DNA of 64,000 nt from Eubacteriales bacterium. GTDB taxonomy: Bacteria; Bacillota; Clostridia; Oscillospirales; CAG-272. Both the position numbers and the translations under genes were made by a program. The stretch spans positions 25,610 through 89,609 of the forward strand of contig JBGVHJ010000063.1 in the NCBI GenBank assembly GCA_045122255.1, read 5' to 3'. Of this stretch, positions 54,222 to 63,628 are shown piece by piece (the first letter of the stretch is position 1; each line of letters opens with the position of its first letter). The notes under the pieces were generated by a model. That model did not search any database. It had not been told where the DNA came from and was given only the letters and a program-made list of their open reading frames with translations.

Positions 54222-55241
54222 ATGATAGAAATAAACGGTGATCTTTGTCACAAAAATATTACGAAAAATCTTAAGCCGTCGCTCTCTTATGATAAGAACA
54301 AGAGCTTTGAGGAGCAAAAAGCGGCTATCGACGCGAAGCTGCGCGAGCTTCTGGGTCTCGATCTTATCGAGGCAAACGCATGCGAGCCCGATCTCACTAT
54401 TGAAGAAGATATTATGATGGACGGCTATCGCCGCATCCGTTTCGTCTTTTTCAGCGAGCCCGAGACTCCGGTTCCCTGCTATCTGCTCATCCCCGATACG
54501 GGCAAGGAAAAATACCCCGTAGCCATTACGCTGCAAGGACATTCCACCGGCTTCCACAACTCTATCGGCGTGCCGAAATACGATCGCGACAAGGACTATC
54601 AGCCGAGAGGCGCGTTTGGTCTCCAGGCGGTTGAAAACGGCTTTATTGCCCTTTGTATCGAGCAGAGAGCAATGGGCGAGCGTCGCCCTCCCGATCCTGC
54701 AGACAGAGCACACAATTGCTGTTTTCAGGCTCACAATGCCTTAATGCTTGGCAGAACTACAATTGGCGAGCGCGTTCACGACATAAGCCGCGCTATCGAC
54801 CTGCTCTCAAATTTTGAGCAATGCGATCTTGACAAAATCCTTATTACGGGCAACTCGGGCGGCGGTACGGCTTCTTATTATGCCGCCTGCATCGACGAGC
54901 GCATAAAGATCAGCGTTCCAAGCTGTGCATTCTGCCCTTACGACGACTCGATCATGGCTATGCTTCACTGCGGATGCAACTACATCCCCTCTGCGCGTCG
55001 CTATTTCGAGATGCAGGACTTAGCTTGCCTTATCGCACCTCGAAAGCTTGCTATCGTTGCCGGAAATCTCGACCCTATCTTCCCCATCGACGGAGTCAAG
55101 CGCGGATTTGAGACCGTCAATGAGGTCTATGCCGCAGCAGGCGTTCCCGAAAACGCAAGCCTCAGCGTTACCCCCAAGGAGCATTGGTGGTGCGAGGATA
55201 TCGTCTGGCCATTGATCAAGGAAATTTCGGGCTGGAATTAA
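54222..55241 (+). CDS. Alpha/beta-hydrolase esterase (acetyl-esterase-like)
   Basis: Nucleophile elbow GNSGGG. It starts 15 nt downstream of the SASA-like gene (SD GGGAGG). Confidence 0.7.
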   Translation: MIEINGDLCHKNITKNLKPSLSYDKNKSFEEQKAAIDAKLRELLGLDLIEANACEPDLTIEEDIMMDGYRRIRFVFFSEPETPVPCYLLIPDTGKEKYPVAITLQGHSTGFHNSIGVPKYDRDKDYQPRGAFGLQAVENGFIALCIEQRAMGERRPPDPADRAHNCCFQAHNALMLGRTTIGERVHDISRAIDLLSNFEQCDLDKILITGNSGGGTASYYAACIDERIKISVPSCAFCPYDDSIMAMLHCGCNYIPSARRYFEMQDLACLIAPRKLAIVAGNLDPIFPIDGVKRGFETVNEVYAAAGVPENASLSVTPKEHWWCEDIVWPLIKEISGWN

Positions 55242-55254
55242 AGCATTAACTCAT

Positions 55255-55296
55255 ACAAAAAACGCATCTGAATTTTCACTCAGATGCGTTTTTTTC
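55255..55296. terminator. Bidirectional terminator between the esterase operon and the dockerin/LRR gene
   Basis: AAAAAACGCATCTGA-ATTTTCAC-TCAGATGCGTTTTTTT. Confidence 0.8.
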
Positions 55297-55307
55297 ATAT
55301 TTTTTGA

Positions 55308-56300
55308 TCATTCACGAATCCAATTTTGTCCGTTATAATCATTAACAAGAAGATCAGCTGCCGTGGTTGGGTTCTTCAAAGAAGATGCAGAAATATTCTT
55401 CTTTCCTCCACTGCCCGGAACAACTGAAGGATAGTACCAGCCATTGGGATTTTCAAAGGCTGCACTGACGATTCCCGAGTTTCTGAATGCATAATTATCA
55501 ATCTTTGAAACGTTTTCAGGGATAGTTATGCTTGTAAGCTTGAGACAGTAGTCAAAAGCATACGCTCCGATTGACTTAAGTTGGCTGTTTTCTCCGAAGC
55601 TAACACTTGTGAGCTGCATACATGCCTGAAAAGCCTTTTGATTGATTATTGTAACCGTTTCAGGGATATATACGGACCTTATACCTGTATTGTAAAATGC
55701 AGATGCGCTTATTTTGGTGACCGGATAACCATTATACTCTTTGGCTATAACGATTTGTGTGTCGTTGCCCTCATATCCACTCACATAGGCAATACCGTCA
55801 TCGGAATTGACTCCATATTTTACCCCATCCGTCGCCTTTAAGTCAGGCTCACAAACGGTGCAATATCCGTCACTACTCTTTGTATGCTCATCGTGAACCG
55901 AGCTTTCTCCGCAAACCGAGCAAACCTGCCAATGCCCATCCAGGTCGCGCTCATATTTTTCCTCCCAGATATGGCTCGGCTGAGCTTCCTCTGTCTCCAT
56001 TTCGGATTCATCGTCCATATTGGCGATATATTCTCTTAAAAGGATACAGTCGCTAAGATCTATCTTCCCGTTGCCGTTCATATCGGCACTGTCATTAATT
56101 TCCACCGAAGACTCTCCCGTACTGTAATTAAGATTCGCGAGATATTGTCGGATCAAAACAACGTCTCTGCTGTCTACCGATCCGTTTCCGTCCGAGTCTC
56201 CCATCAATACAGCGTCATTTTCTGCGGAAATCAGAAGTATAAGCGATAAACATGCCAACAACAGTGAAAAGATCAATGTGAATATTTTTGTTTTTTTCAT
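55308..56300 (-). CDS. Secreted protein: N-proximal type-I dockerin + Cys-rich segment + BspA-type LRRs
   Basis: Signal peptide MKKTKIFTLIFSLLLACLSLILLISA. Duplicated dockerin Ca-binding segments: DSDGNGSVDSRDVVLIRQYL and DMNGNGKIDLSDCILLREYI. CSVCGE...CTVCE, then LRR_5-like repeats. Confidence 0.8.
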   Translation of the reverse strand: MKKTKIFTLIFSLLLACLSLILLISAENDAVLMGDSDGNGSVDSRDVVLIRQYLANLNYSTGESSVEINDSADMNGNGKIDLSDCILLREYIANMDDESEMETEEAQPSHIWEEKYERDLDGHWQVCSVCGESSVHDEHTKSSDGYCTVCEPDLKATDGVKYGVNSDDGIAYVSGYEGNDTQIVIAKEYNGYPVTKISASAFYNTGIRSVYIPETVTIINQKAFQACMQLTSVSFGENSQLKSIGAYAFDYCLKLTSITIPENVSKIDNYAFRNSGIVSAAFENPNGWYYPSVVPGSGGKKNISASSLKNPTTAADLLVNDYNGQNWIRE

Positions 56301-56332
56301 AATGTTAATTCCTAAAATAGTGATTTGATTGA

Positions 56333-59300
56333 TTATTTTGCAAATGTAACTCCGCTGAAGCAATAGAGCACGATAATCTTGCCCTCATTGCTATCGGATA
56401 CCGCGCAAACGTAGATAGTGAGCGGCTCGGCGGAATCCTTATATTCGGTAAGATCGATTATAAGTCCCAGCGCCTGGAAATCTCCGTTCTTCTTTGCAAG
56501 CTCACTGTCGGCAAACAGAGAGCCGGTCTTTTCCTGACCTACGCTCAGCATCACGTCGTGAGCATCCTTGAAGCCGCCGCCGCAATCGTGCCAGGTGGCG
56601 CCTCGGTCAGCGGTCCAGACGTACTTCGCGACACCGCCCTCTATTACGTTCCATCCGCTTACGGTTACAGTGTTATCTTCCTTAGCGGCGATAGAATAGA
56701 AAGTAACAAATCCAGCCAAATTACTGGGTGCCTTAACGTTTGCACTGCCGTTTACGGCGTCGGTCTGTCCACCGAACAAGGGGGTGAATTCGGTGTATAC
56801 GGAATCCTTTACGAACAAAGTATCAAGGGTGGCTTCACCGGTAGAAGTATCGATCGCGGTAGCCTTTCCGTTCTCATAGAGAGAGATCGTCTCAAAGTTC
56901 TCTTTTTCAAGCTCGCAGATATTCATAATATCGGTATCAATACCAACGTATGCAATATCGATATGAGTATCTCCGTCTTCAAACGCCTTGTTGAATATAT
57001 CAAAACGAAGCAGCTTAGCGCAATATTCTCCTTCGTCATTAGGAAGGAAGGTCGACAGGCTGGTCTTGGTGAGATCGATCACGTCAACGTGCCAATTACC
57101 GTCATCAACAGGATAGTGCATAAAGGAATTTGCATCCTCTGCTCTCGTTGCCGTTGTGCTTCCCCAGATCTGGAAATTGCCAACCGGTTCTTTATTGGTC
57201 GTGGGAACTCTGTATTTGATAACCAGATATTTACCGGTCACAACGTCGTCCTTGGTTGAGAACAGATTGGAGTAGGACTCGTTAACGGTATTATCCAGCT
57301 TGACGTAAACGCTTGTATACGCGCCGTCCTCTGCGCTTTCATTAACTACGGGTTCGCCGTACATATGGGGAGTATTGTTGATTATATCACGAAGCTCTTC
57401 AGCATCGAAGTATACCGAAAGATGATCCTCGCGCTCGGGCTCGGCAGGCTCGGCAGGCCATCTTGTGAAATCATCGGATGCCGTAATTCTGAACCTTCTG
57501 GGTGCGCCATCGTGCATAGTGGTAACGAAGGAATAGGAATAGGTTCCGTCCTCGTCGTAATATACCTGATAGCCGTCGTAGTAATGGTAGATTCCGTTCT
57601 TGTCGGGATTCTCTGAGGAAGAGAGAACGTATTCGACCCATTCACCGTTAACGTACTCCTCTACCTTGGGCGCGGTAAGCTTGTCGAAGCCGTATACTCT
57701 TACGGCAACGTTATTTTCACCGCCCGAGAGGGTAAACTCAGCGCGCTTTCCGTCCTTACTTCTTATCTTAGGAAGGAATGCGCTTCCTATGATCTCGTCG
57801 GTCTCGCTCGTCGCCTTGAGAGGATCAAGACAGGTATTGGCTCTCACGTCGCGAACGTTCTTATCCATATAAAGAGAACCGTCGGGGAGGACCATATCGT
57901 ATTCGTAGTTCTTGGGCGATGCCTCGAGGTCGATGATTCCGTCCTCATACTGATGAGATCCCCAGGGCATTACTATAGCGTTGATGGTGATCTTATCGCC
58001 CGCCTTGAATGCGACAGTACCCGATTCGTTAAGGGTAAGTGTAACATGATCCATGGAATTTCTGATAAGGAAGCCGTAGTCCTTCTTCTCTCCTCCAACG
58101 ATAAACTCGGAGGTGTGGATCAAGAACGCTAAGTTCGCATATCCCTCGGCAAAATCGCTCTCTCTGTTCCAATCGGGCATCATAAAGAACGAGAAATAGG
58201 GACTTTCGTCACCAAGAACGTATTCGGGGGCGGCATTGGGATCACTGTTTGCGTCCACAATTACGCACTCGTTGTTCTCGTTGAGATAGCCAAGCTTCTT
58301 GTAGCTACCCTTATGATCGTTGTCGGTAACGTCGTAGAACTTGAAATTATCTTTAAAGGAATCAATGGTAAGATCCTCAAGGAACTCATATTCCATCGTA
58401 TAATAGCTTCTGTTCTCGTCTACCTGAGGCATCTCCATATGAGTGTACGTAACCTTGATCTTTCCGTCGTCGGAAAGGTTCTCCCAAACGAGCTCGGCAT
58501 AGGTAGGGCCGTAGGAGGTGATATAGTTAGTTACGCTTTCGGTATAATAAGTACCGCCGCTCATATCGGTATATCCAAGCCAGGTGTGCGAGCCGCTACT
58601 GTTATGCTGAGGCTGCGCGACCCAGAAGGGCGCCGACATACTTCTGAAATCGGGGAGTGTGTTCATGCTACCCTTGTTTACACCCGCCATATCGTACCAA
58701 GGAAGAATACAGTTCGTCTCGGTAACACCCGTTGAAAGATGATAATAAGGACAGTGGAAGGGTATCTGGGAAATCTGCTTCAAGGGATATTTACCCCAGC
58801 TCTGATATAGGTTTATTACGGTGTATTCCTGCTTTTTATTCTCCTCAAGAGGCAGATAGAATATTGCCTCGGAGAAGGTGGGGTCGGTGATATTAAAGAG
58901 ATTTCTCTCTCCACCGGGCTCGGAGAAATTCTTTATGACCTCGATCGGCACCGGAAGCAGCATCATATTACTATCCATAAGAGTCGCGCACTCAAGGGTG
59001 CTTCCCGAGGTAGTGGTCATTACGTAGATGCTTCTGTCAATATCGGAGCGGATCGAGAAATTGACCTTATAATTCTTGTTGGGATTGTTGTATGAGGTGG
59101 TAAATCCGCTGGGAGCATCGATAGCAAACGCGTAAATGCCTCGGATAGCATCGTAGCCCAGGAATTTTCCTCCGTCAGAGCCTGAATCCGAGACGCTGAC
59201 TCTCTTTGAATCAAGAGGATTTCTCTCAAAATAGGTCTCCTGAAGGAATTCGGTGAAATCGTGGTTTTCGTCGGTATAAACTCTTTGACCGAGATAGAAA

Positions 59301-60721
59301 TCGTTACCGTTGTTGCTGATTCCGTCAGCAAGCTTGTAGTTGCCGTTCTCGTCTCTTTCTTCGGTATTGATAGAAGGAATGATAACTCCGCTCTCACCGT
59401 TAGCTACAGGTGTTCTCGTCTGCTCTATAACGTAAACGCCGTCTTTAAGCTCTACCTTTATTTTTCCCGCCACATCGTCCACGGGAAGGATAAAGCCGAA
59501 AATTCCCGCAGCTTTAACGTCAAAGCCTACCGCGACTACGCTGTCCCAAGCAAAGCCTGCGTTAAGAGAATCGTAGCTTGTGCCGTCGTCGGTAACGATA
59601 ATAAGCTTCGAAACGGTATTAGCCTCGATCTCGGTGAGCATACCTACCTCGACGATATTTTCGGTCTTCTCGGTAACCGCGAACTGGATAGCGTGGTGCA
59701 TCTTATCGGAGTATACGTGGAAATGACGGTTGACGTAGAGATCCGAGGGTACTACGTCGATATCGGTCTTTCCGAGAGTCATGCTCTCAACGGCAAATCC
59801 GCCTCCCGCGCTTCCGTTGGGGTCAAAGCGCAATCCTCTGAGAGTGCCTTCAAAGCCGGGGATATTATAAAGCGGAATAAAATAGTCGTGATATTCACCG
59901 TCATTCATCAGCGCAACACGGACACTGGACAGCTCGTTGTGCGACACGGAATCGGTTTTGATAAAGAGCTGAATAGAATCGGTATTGCCAAGCGCCTTGG
60001 CTCTGAAAACGAGGGTGTTGTAATTCGCGGCAACGTAATCAAAATCGGTTTCAAAATGAACTCTTGGGTCAGTCGCACCGGAATTGATCACGTACGACAT
60101 ATTTCCTGAGTCTCTGCCTCGGGTAACGTCATAACCGTTGGTAAACTGCTTTCTCGGGTCGATCTTGGTAGAATTGTGAAGCTCAAGCTCCTTGGGAACA
60201 AAATTCTGGAACTCGAACATACCCTGATAATAGTAGTAACCGAAGCGGTAGATGTTAGCTTCTGCGCTGCGGTTCGACTGGGAGGCATAATACGTATCGT
60301 AGGAATCGCCGTTCGAAATACGTACGAAAACGTCCATAGTATTTTGAATATATGCGGCGCCATTGTTATTCTTTATGGATTCAACCAGCTGGTCGGACAT
60401 GCTTGAGCGCGCGTAATTAAGTATCATCTCTTGATTTTGGATGCTTAAATGGGTACGGCTACCGTCTGTAAAGAATGCCTGAATACCGTTGGCAAGCTTA
60501 TTCGCCGCCTGAATAAGACCGATATGCTCGCTGGGCTCTACTGGATCCTTTTCGGGTTTCTCACCTGAGCTCTCCTCGTCTCCGCCGGGAGTAGTCTGAC
60601 TACTCTCCTCCTCCGTGTCGGAGGATTCGATTTCGCCACCCGTCGTACAGGAGGCAAGCACGCCTGCCATCATCGCCAAAACGAGAATAACAGACAAAAA
60701 GTTGATCAATGCTCTTTTCAT
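56333..60721 (-). CDS. Giant (about 1460 aa) lipoprotein of unknown function
   Basis: ATG 60721 follows GAAAGGA. MKRALINFLSVILVLAMMAGVLASC is a signal peptide plus lipobox, followed by an S/E/T-rich linker. No catalytic motif recognised. Its distal region is paralogous to the 1-417 fragment. Confidence 0.75.
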   Translation of the reverse strand: MKRALINFLSVILVLAMMAGVLASCTTGGEIESSDTEEESSQTTPGGDEESSGEKPEKDPVEPSEHIGLIQAANKLANGIQAFFTDGSRTHLSIQNQEMILNYARSSMSDQLVESIKNNNGAAYIQNTMDVFVRISNGDSYDTYYASQSNRSAEANIYRFGYYYYQGMFEFQNFVPKELELHNSTKIDPRKQFTNGYDVTRGRDSGNMSYVINSGATDPRVHFETDFDYVAANYNTLVFRAKALGNTDSIQLFIKTDSVSHNELSSVRVALMNDGEYHDYFIPLYNIPGFEGTLRGLRFDPNGSAGGGFAVESMTLGKTDIDVVPSDLYVNRHFHVYSDKMHHAIQFAVTEKTENIVEVGMLTEIEANTVSKLIIVTDDGTSYDSLNAGFAWDSVVAVGFDVKAAGIFGFILPVDDVAGKIKVELKDGVYVIEQTRTPVANGESGVIIPSINTEERDENGNYKLADGISNNGNDFYLGQRVYTDENHDFTEFLQETYFERNPLDSKRVSVSDSGSDGGKFLGYDAIRGIYAFAIDAPSGFTTSYNNPNKNYKVNFSIRSDIDRSIYVMTTTSGSTLECATLMDSNMMLLPVPIEVIKNFSEPGGERNLFNITDPTFSEAIFYLPLEENKKQEYTVINLYQSWGKYPLKQISQIPFHCPYYHLSTGVTETNCILPWYDMAGVNKGSMNTLPDFRSMSAPFWVAQPQHNSSGSHTWLGYTDMSGGTYYTESVTNYITSYGPTYAELVWENLSDDGKIKVTYTHMEMPQVDENRSYYTMEYEFLEDLTIDSFKDNFKFYDVTDNDHKGSYKKLGYLNENNECVIVDANSDPNAAPEYVLGDESPYFSFFMMPDWNRESDFAEGYANLAFLIHTSEFIVGGEKKDYGFLIRNSMDHVTLTLNESGTVAFKAGDKITINAIVMPWGSHQYEDGIIDLEASPKNYEYDMVLPDGSLYMDKNVRDVRANTCLDPLKATSETDEIIGSAFLPKIRSKDGKRAEFTLSGGENNVAVRVYGFDKLTAPKVEEYVNGEWVEYVLSSSENPDKNGIYHYYDGYQVYYDEDGTYSYSFVTTMHDGAPRRFRITASDDFTRWPAEPAEPEREDHLSVYFDAEELRDIINNTPHMYGEPVVNESAEDGAYTSVYVKLDNTVNESYSNLFSTKDDVVTGKYLVIKYRVPTTNKEPVGNFQIWGSTTATRAEDANSFMHYPVDDGNWHVDVIDLTKTSLSTFLPNDEGEYCAKLLRFDIFNKAFEDGDTHIDIAYVGIDTDIMNICELEKENFETISLYENGKATAIDTSTGEATLDTLFVKDSVYTEFTPLFGGQTDAVNGSANVKAPSNLAGFVTFYSIAAKEDNTVTVSGWNVIEGGVAKYVWTADRGATWHDCGGGFKDAHDVMLSVGQEKTGSLFADSELAKKNGDFQALGLIIDLTEYKDSAEPLTIYVCAVSDSNEGKIIVLYCFSGVTFAK

Positions 60722-60955
60722 AACATTTTCCTTTCTTAAAGCTTTCTTCAAAAATATAGTTTTCCTATCATCAAAATTCAAAATATACACACGAAATCAT
60801 AATTACACAATATTATTATATTGTATAGTCGGGTGCAAAATATTAACAAACTGCAAAATAACGGTTAAATTCTGATTTTATTATAGCATTTTCTTTACTA
60901 TTATGCTATAATATTTATACTTTAAAGTATCACAAATCTATTTTCAGAGGTTAAT

Positions 60956-61837
60956 ATGACCGATTTTTACAAGGAGAGCAAGCAACCGCTTCTCGAACAG
61001 TACGGTATCGAATTTTTCTCACAAAAAAAGGACAGCACGGGAGTTATGGCGAGAGCGCATATACATCCTGCGATCGAATTTATATATATAACACGCGGAG
61101 TTTTCGAGTTTGGCGTTGACAGCGAGCAATTCTGCGCAATGGCGGGTGATCTCGTGCTCTTCAGAGCAAATGCAGTTCACACTACAAGATACGTAGGCGA
61201 AGGAGAGGGTGAATACTTCGTTTTGAAGATCAATCCCACTCTGCTTTTCAATATCTTTTCGGAAAATGATACCTCAAGCTGCGTCCTCCCCTTTATTCAT
61301 AAAAACGTCGGGGACATTTCTCATTTCCCCGCTGATTCTCTCAGTGAAGATGCAAAAAGTATCCTTTCCGCAATGATCCGGGAGTATGAGCGTGCAGACG
61401 GTTATTTCTATACCGTTGAAAGATCCTATGCAGGTACCTTGCTCGTATCTCTTCTCAGAGATTCCGTAAGACCGCATTCTGCAATCGACGAAGGTGAGAT
61501 CAGTGAAAAAAGTGTCGCCCTGATATACGAAAGCGTCAAATATATAAATGAGAATTACGCGTCGGATATCACACCCTCCGAGTGCGCCGCAAGCATTCAT
61601 CTGAGCTACAGCTATTTTGCAAAGCTTTTCCGCGCGGTCATGGGAAAGACATTCAAGGAATATCTCACGGGTGTTCGCCTTGCCAAGGCGAACAATGCCC
61701 TGCTTTCCACATCCTTCCCTATAACCGACGTTGCCGCCGCAAGCGGATACAGCAATCTCTCATATTTTATTTCCGAATATCGCAGGGTCTACGGCAGGAC
61801 TCCGAGAGATACAAGAAAGGAGCTTAGCGCAAAATGA
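60956..61837 (+). CDS. AraC-family transcriptional regulator (cupin + HTH)
   Basis: An N-terminal cupin-like sensor and C-terminal AraC HTH strings (YFAKLFRAVMGKTFKEYL, YSNLSYFISEYRRVYGRTP). It is divergent from the giant lipoprotein gene. Confidence 0.88.
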   Translation: MTDFYKESKQPLLEQYGIEFFSQKKDSTGVMARAHIHPAIEFIYITRGVFEFGVDSEQFCAMAGDLVLFRANAVHTTRYVGEGEGEYFVLKINPTLLFNIFSENDTSSCVLPFIHKNVGDISHFPADSLSEDAKSILSAMIREYERADGYFYTVERSYAGTLLVSLLRDSVRPHSAIDEGEISEKSVALIYESVKYINENYASDITPSECAASIHLSYSYFAKLFRAVMGKTFKEYLTGVRLAKANNALLSTSFPITDVAAASGYSNLSYFISEYRRVYGRTPRDTRKELSAK

Positions 61838-63171
61838 CAAAAGCACGTTTATCAGATAAAAAGATCACGGTCGGCATTCTGACCCTTGGCTGCAAGGTAA
61901 ATCAGTACGAAAGCGAGTCAATTGCCGAAGCCCTTACCGACAAAGGCTTTGAAATAAAGTCGCACACCGACAGGTGCGACGCATATATAATCAACACCTG
62001 CACCGTCACCGCTGAATCGGACAGAAAGGCAAGGCAGATGATACGCCGAATGATCGGCAAAAATCCCGAAGCCTATATTCTCGTCACGGGCTGCTATTCT
62101 CAGGTTTCTCCCGAGGAGGTCGCAGGGATAGAGGGCGTGGACTACATATGCGGAAGCTCCAATAAGATGAGCGTGGTTGAAAAGCTTATTTTCCTTGCGG
62201 AATGCGGCAAGAAAAATGAAAGTGCAGAGGTCTCTGTGCCCGAGCTTGATAAATCGGGCTTTGAGCAGATGTCGATACGTCGCTTTGACCGCACACGCGC
62301 TTACGTCAAGATCGAGGACGGCTGTGAATCCAAATGTGCCTATTGCACCATTCCCGCATCCCGAGGTCCTATCCGCTCAAAGCCCTTCGCGGATGTGATC
62401 GACGAGGTAAAGACCTTGACGGACAACGGAGTGCGCGAGGTGGTGCTTACCGGTATCGAGACCGGTTCTTACGGCAGAGACCTGCCCGAAAAGGAGAGCT
62501 TTGCCTCTCTTCTTTGCGCCATCGATAGAATAGAGGGCATTGGCAGAGTGCGCACGGGTTCACTTGACCCTACGGTCATAAAGCCCGAATTCGCCAAGGC
62601 TATCGCGCCCTTGAAATCTCTCTGCCCCCATTTCCATCTCTCGCTTCAAAGCGGAAGCAGCCGTATTCTCGCGCTGATGAAGCGCAAATACAATGCAGAT
62701 CAAGCTCTTGCGTCCATTGAGAGATTGCGCGAGGCAATGCCCGGTGTAAAGCTGACTACCGATATTATCGTTGGCTTCCCCGGCGAGACCGAGGAGGATT
62801 TCCGCGCAAGCTGTGATTTTGCAAGACGTACGGAATTCTTGATGATCCACGTCTTCCCGTACTCCAAGCGTCGCGGTACCGTAGCGGCGGAGATGAAGGA
62901 TCAGATCCCCGAGGCAGTCAAGCACGAAAGAGTCAGGATCCTCAGCGAGATAAGCCGCGAGATACGCGCAGAAATACTTAATAAAAAGATCGCTGAGGGC
63001 AAAACGGTCGACGTGCTGTTCGAATCCTCGCGCGACGGCTACGCTTACGGTCACACCGACGATTTTATTGAGGTCAAAGTCAAAACGGCTAAAAAATTAC
63101 ACGGACTCTTCCGCTCGGTAGCGCTTATTTCTCACGACGGCGACGTTTGCGAGGGTAAAATCATCGAATAA
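61834..63171 (+). CDS. mtaB: tRNA t6A37 methylthiotransferase MtaB
   Basis: The UPF0004 N-terminus TLGCKVNQYESE, the radical-SAM motif CESKCAYCTIP and a TRAM-like C-terminus. It overlaps the araC-like stop by 4 nt. Confidence 0.85.
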   Translation: MTKARLSDKKITVGILTLGCKVNQYESESIAEALTDKGFEIKSHTDRCDAYIINTCTVTAESDRKARQMIRRMIGKNPEAYILVTGCYSQVSPEEVAGIEGVDYICGSSNKMSVVEKLIFLAECGKKNESAEVSVPELDKSGFEQMSIRRFDRTRAYVKIEDGCESKCAYCTIPASRGPIRSKPFADVIDEVKTLTDNGVREVVLTGIETGSYGRDLPEKESFASLLCAIDRIEGIGRVRTGSLDPTVIKPEFAKAIAPLKSLCPHFHLSLQSGSSRILALMKRKYNADQALASIERLREAMPGVKLTTDIIVGFPGETEEDFRASCDFARRTEFLMIHVFPYSKRRGTVAAEMKDQIPEAVKHERVRILSEISREIRAEILNKKIAEGKTVDVLFESSRDGYAYGHTDDFIEVKVKTAKKLHGLFRSVALISHDGDVCEGKIIE

Positions 63172-63275
63172 AACGGTGAATTTGAGAGAAAAACGGCAAA
63201 AAACAATGATTTAAGAGAGTTTTTTCATAATAAATAAAAAAATCAAAAAAATTTGAAATTATTTTCAAAAAACTA

Positions 63276-63304
63276 TTGCATTTTGAAAAAAAGTATGGTA
63301 TAAT
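63276..63304 (+). promoter_or_regulatory. rpmB promoter
   Basis: TTGCAT (63276-63281), 17 nt, TGgTATAAT (-10 at 63299-63304). Confidence 0.6.
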
Positions 63305-63372
63305 ATCAAAGTTGCAAAATGTTTAAAATTTTGATTATCAATAGATGCAAGTATTGCAAGGAGGAAATTAAC

Positions 63373-63558
63373 ATGGCAAAGTGCAGTGTTTGTGGAAAAG
63401 GCGTTGTTTTCGGTCAGAACGTTTCTCACTCTAACCGTAAGACCAACAGAACCTGGAAGCCCAATATCCGTAAGGTAAAGGCAATTGTTGACGGTACCCC
63501 TAAGACCGTTGCTGTTTGCTCCCGTTGCCTTCGTTCCGGCAAGGTTAACCGCGCTTAA
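63373..63558 (+). CDS. rpmB: 50S ribosomal protein L28
   Basis: MAKCSVCGKGVVFGQNVSHSNRKTNRTWKPNI..., with SD AAGGAGG upstream of ATG 63373. The track ORF start at 63319 is an upstream in-frame artefact. Confidence 0.93.
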   Translation: MAKCSVCGKGVVFGQNVSHSNRKTNRTWKPNIRKVKAIVDGTPKTVAVCSRCLRSGKVNRA

Positions 63559-63589
63559 TTTCGGTTAATAAGGTTCATAATCACAGATA

Positions 63590-63616
63590 GGGTGCGCGTG
63601 CGCACCCTTTTGCTTT
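63590..63616 (+). terminator. rpmB terminator
   Basis: GGGTGCG-CGTG-CGCACCC followed by TTTTGCTTTT. Confidence 0.8.
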
Positions 63617-63628
63617 TCGGAGATCTAT

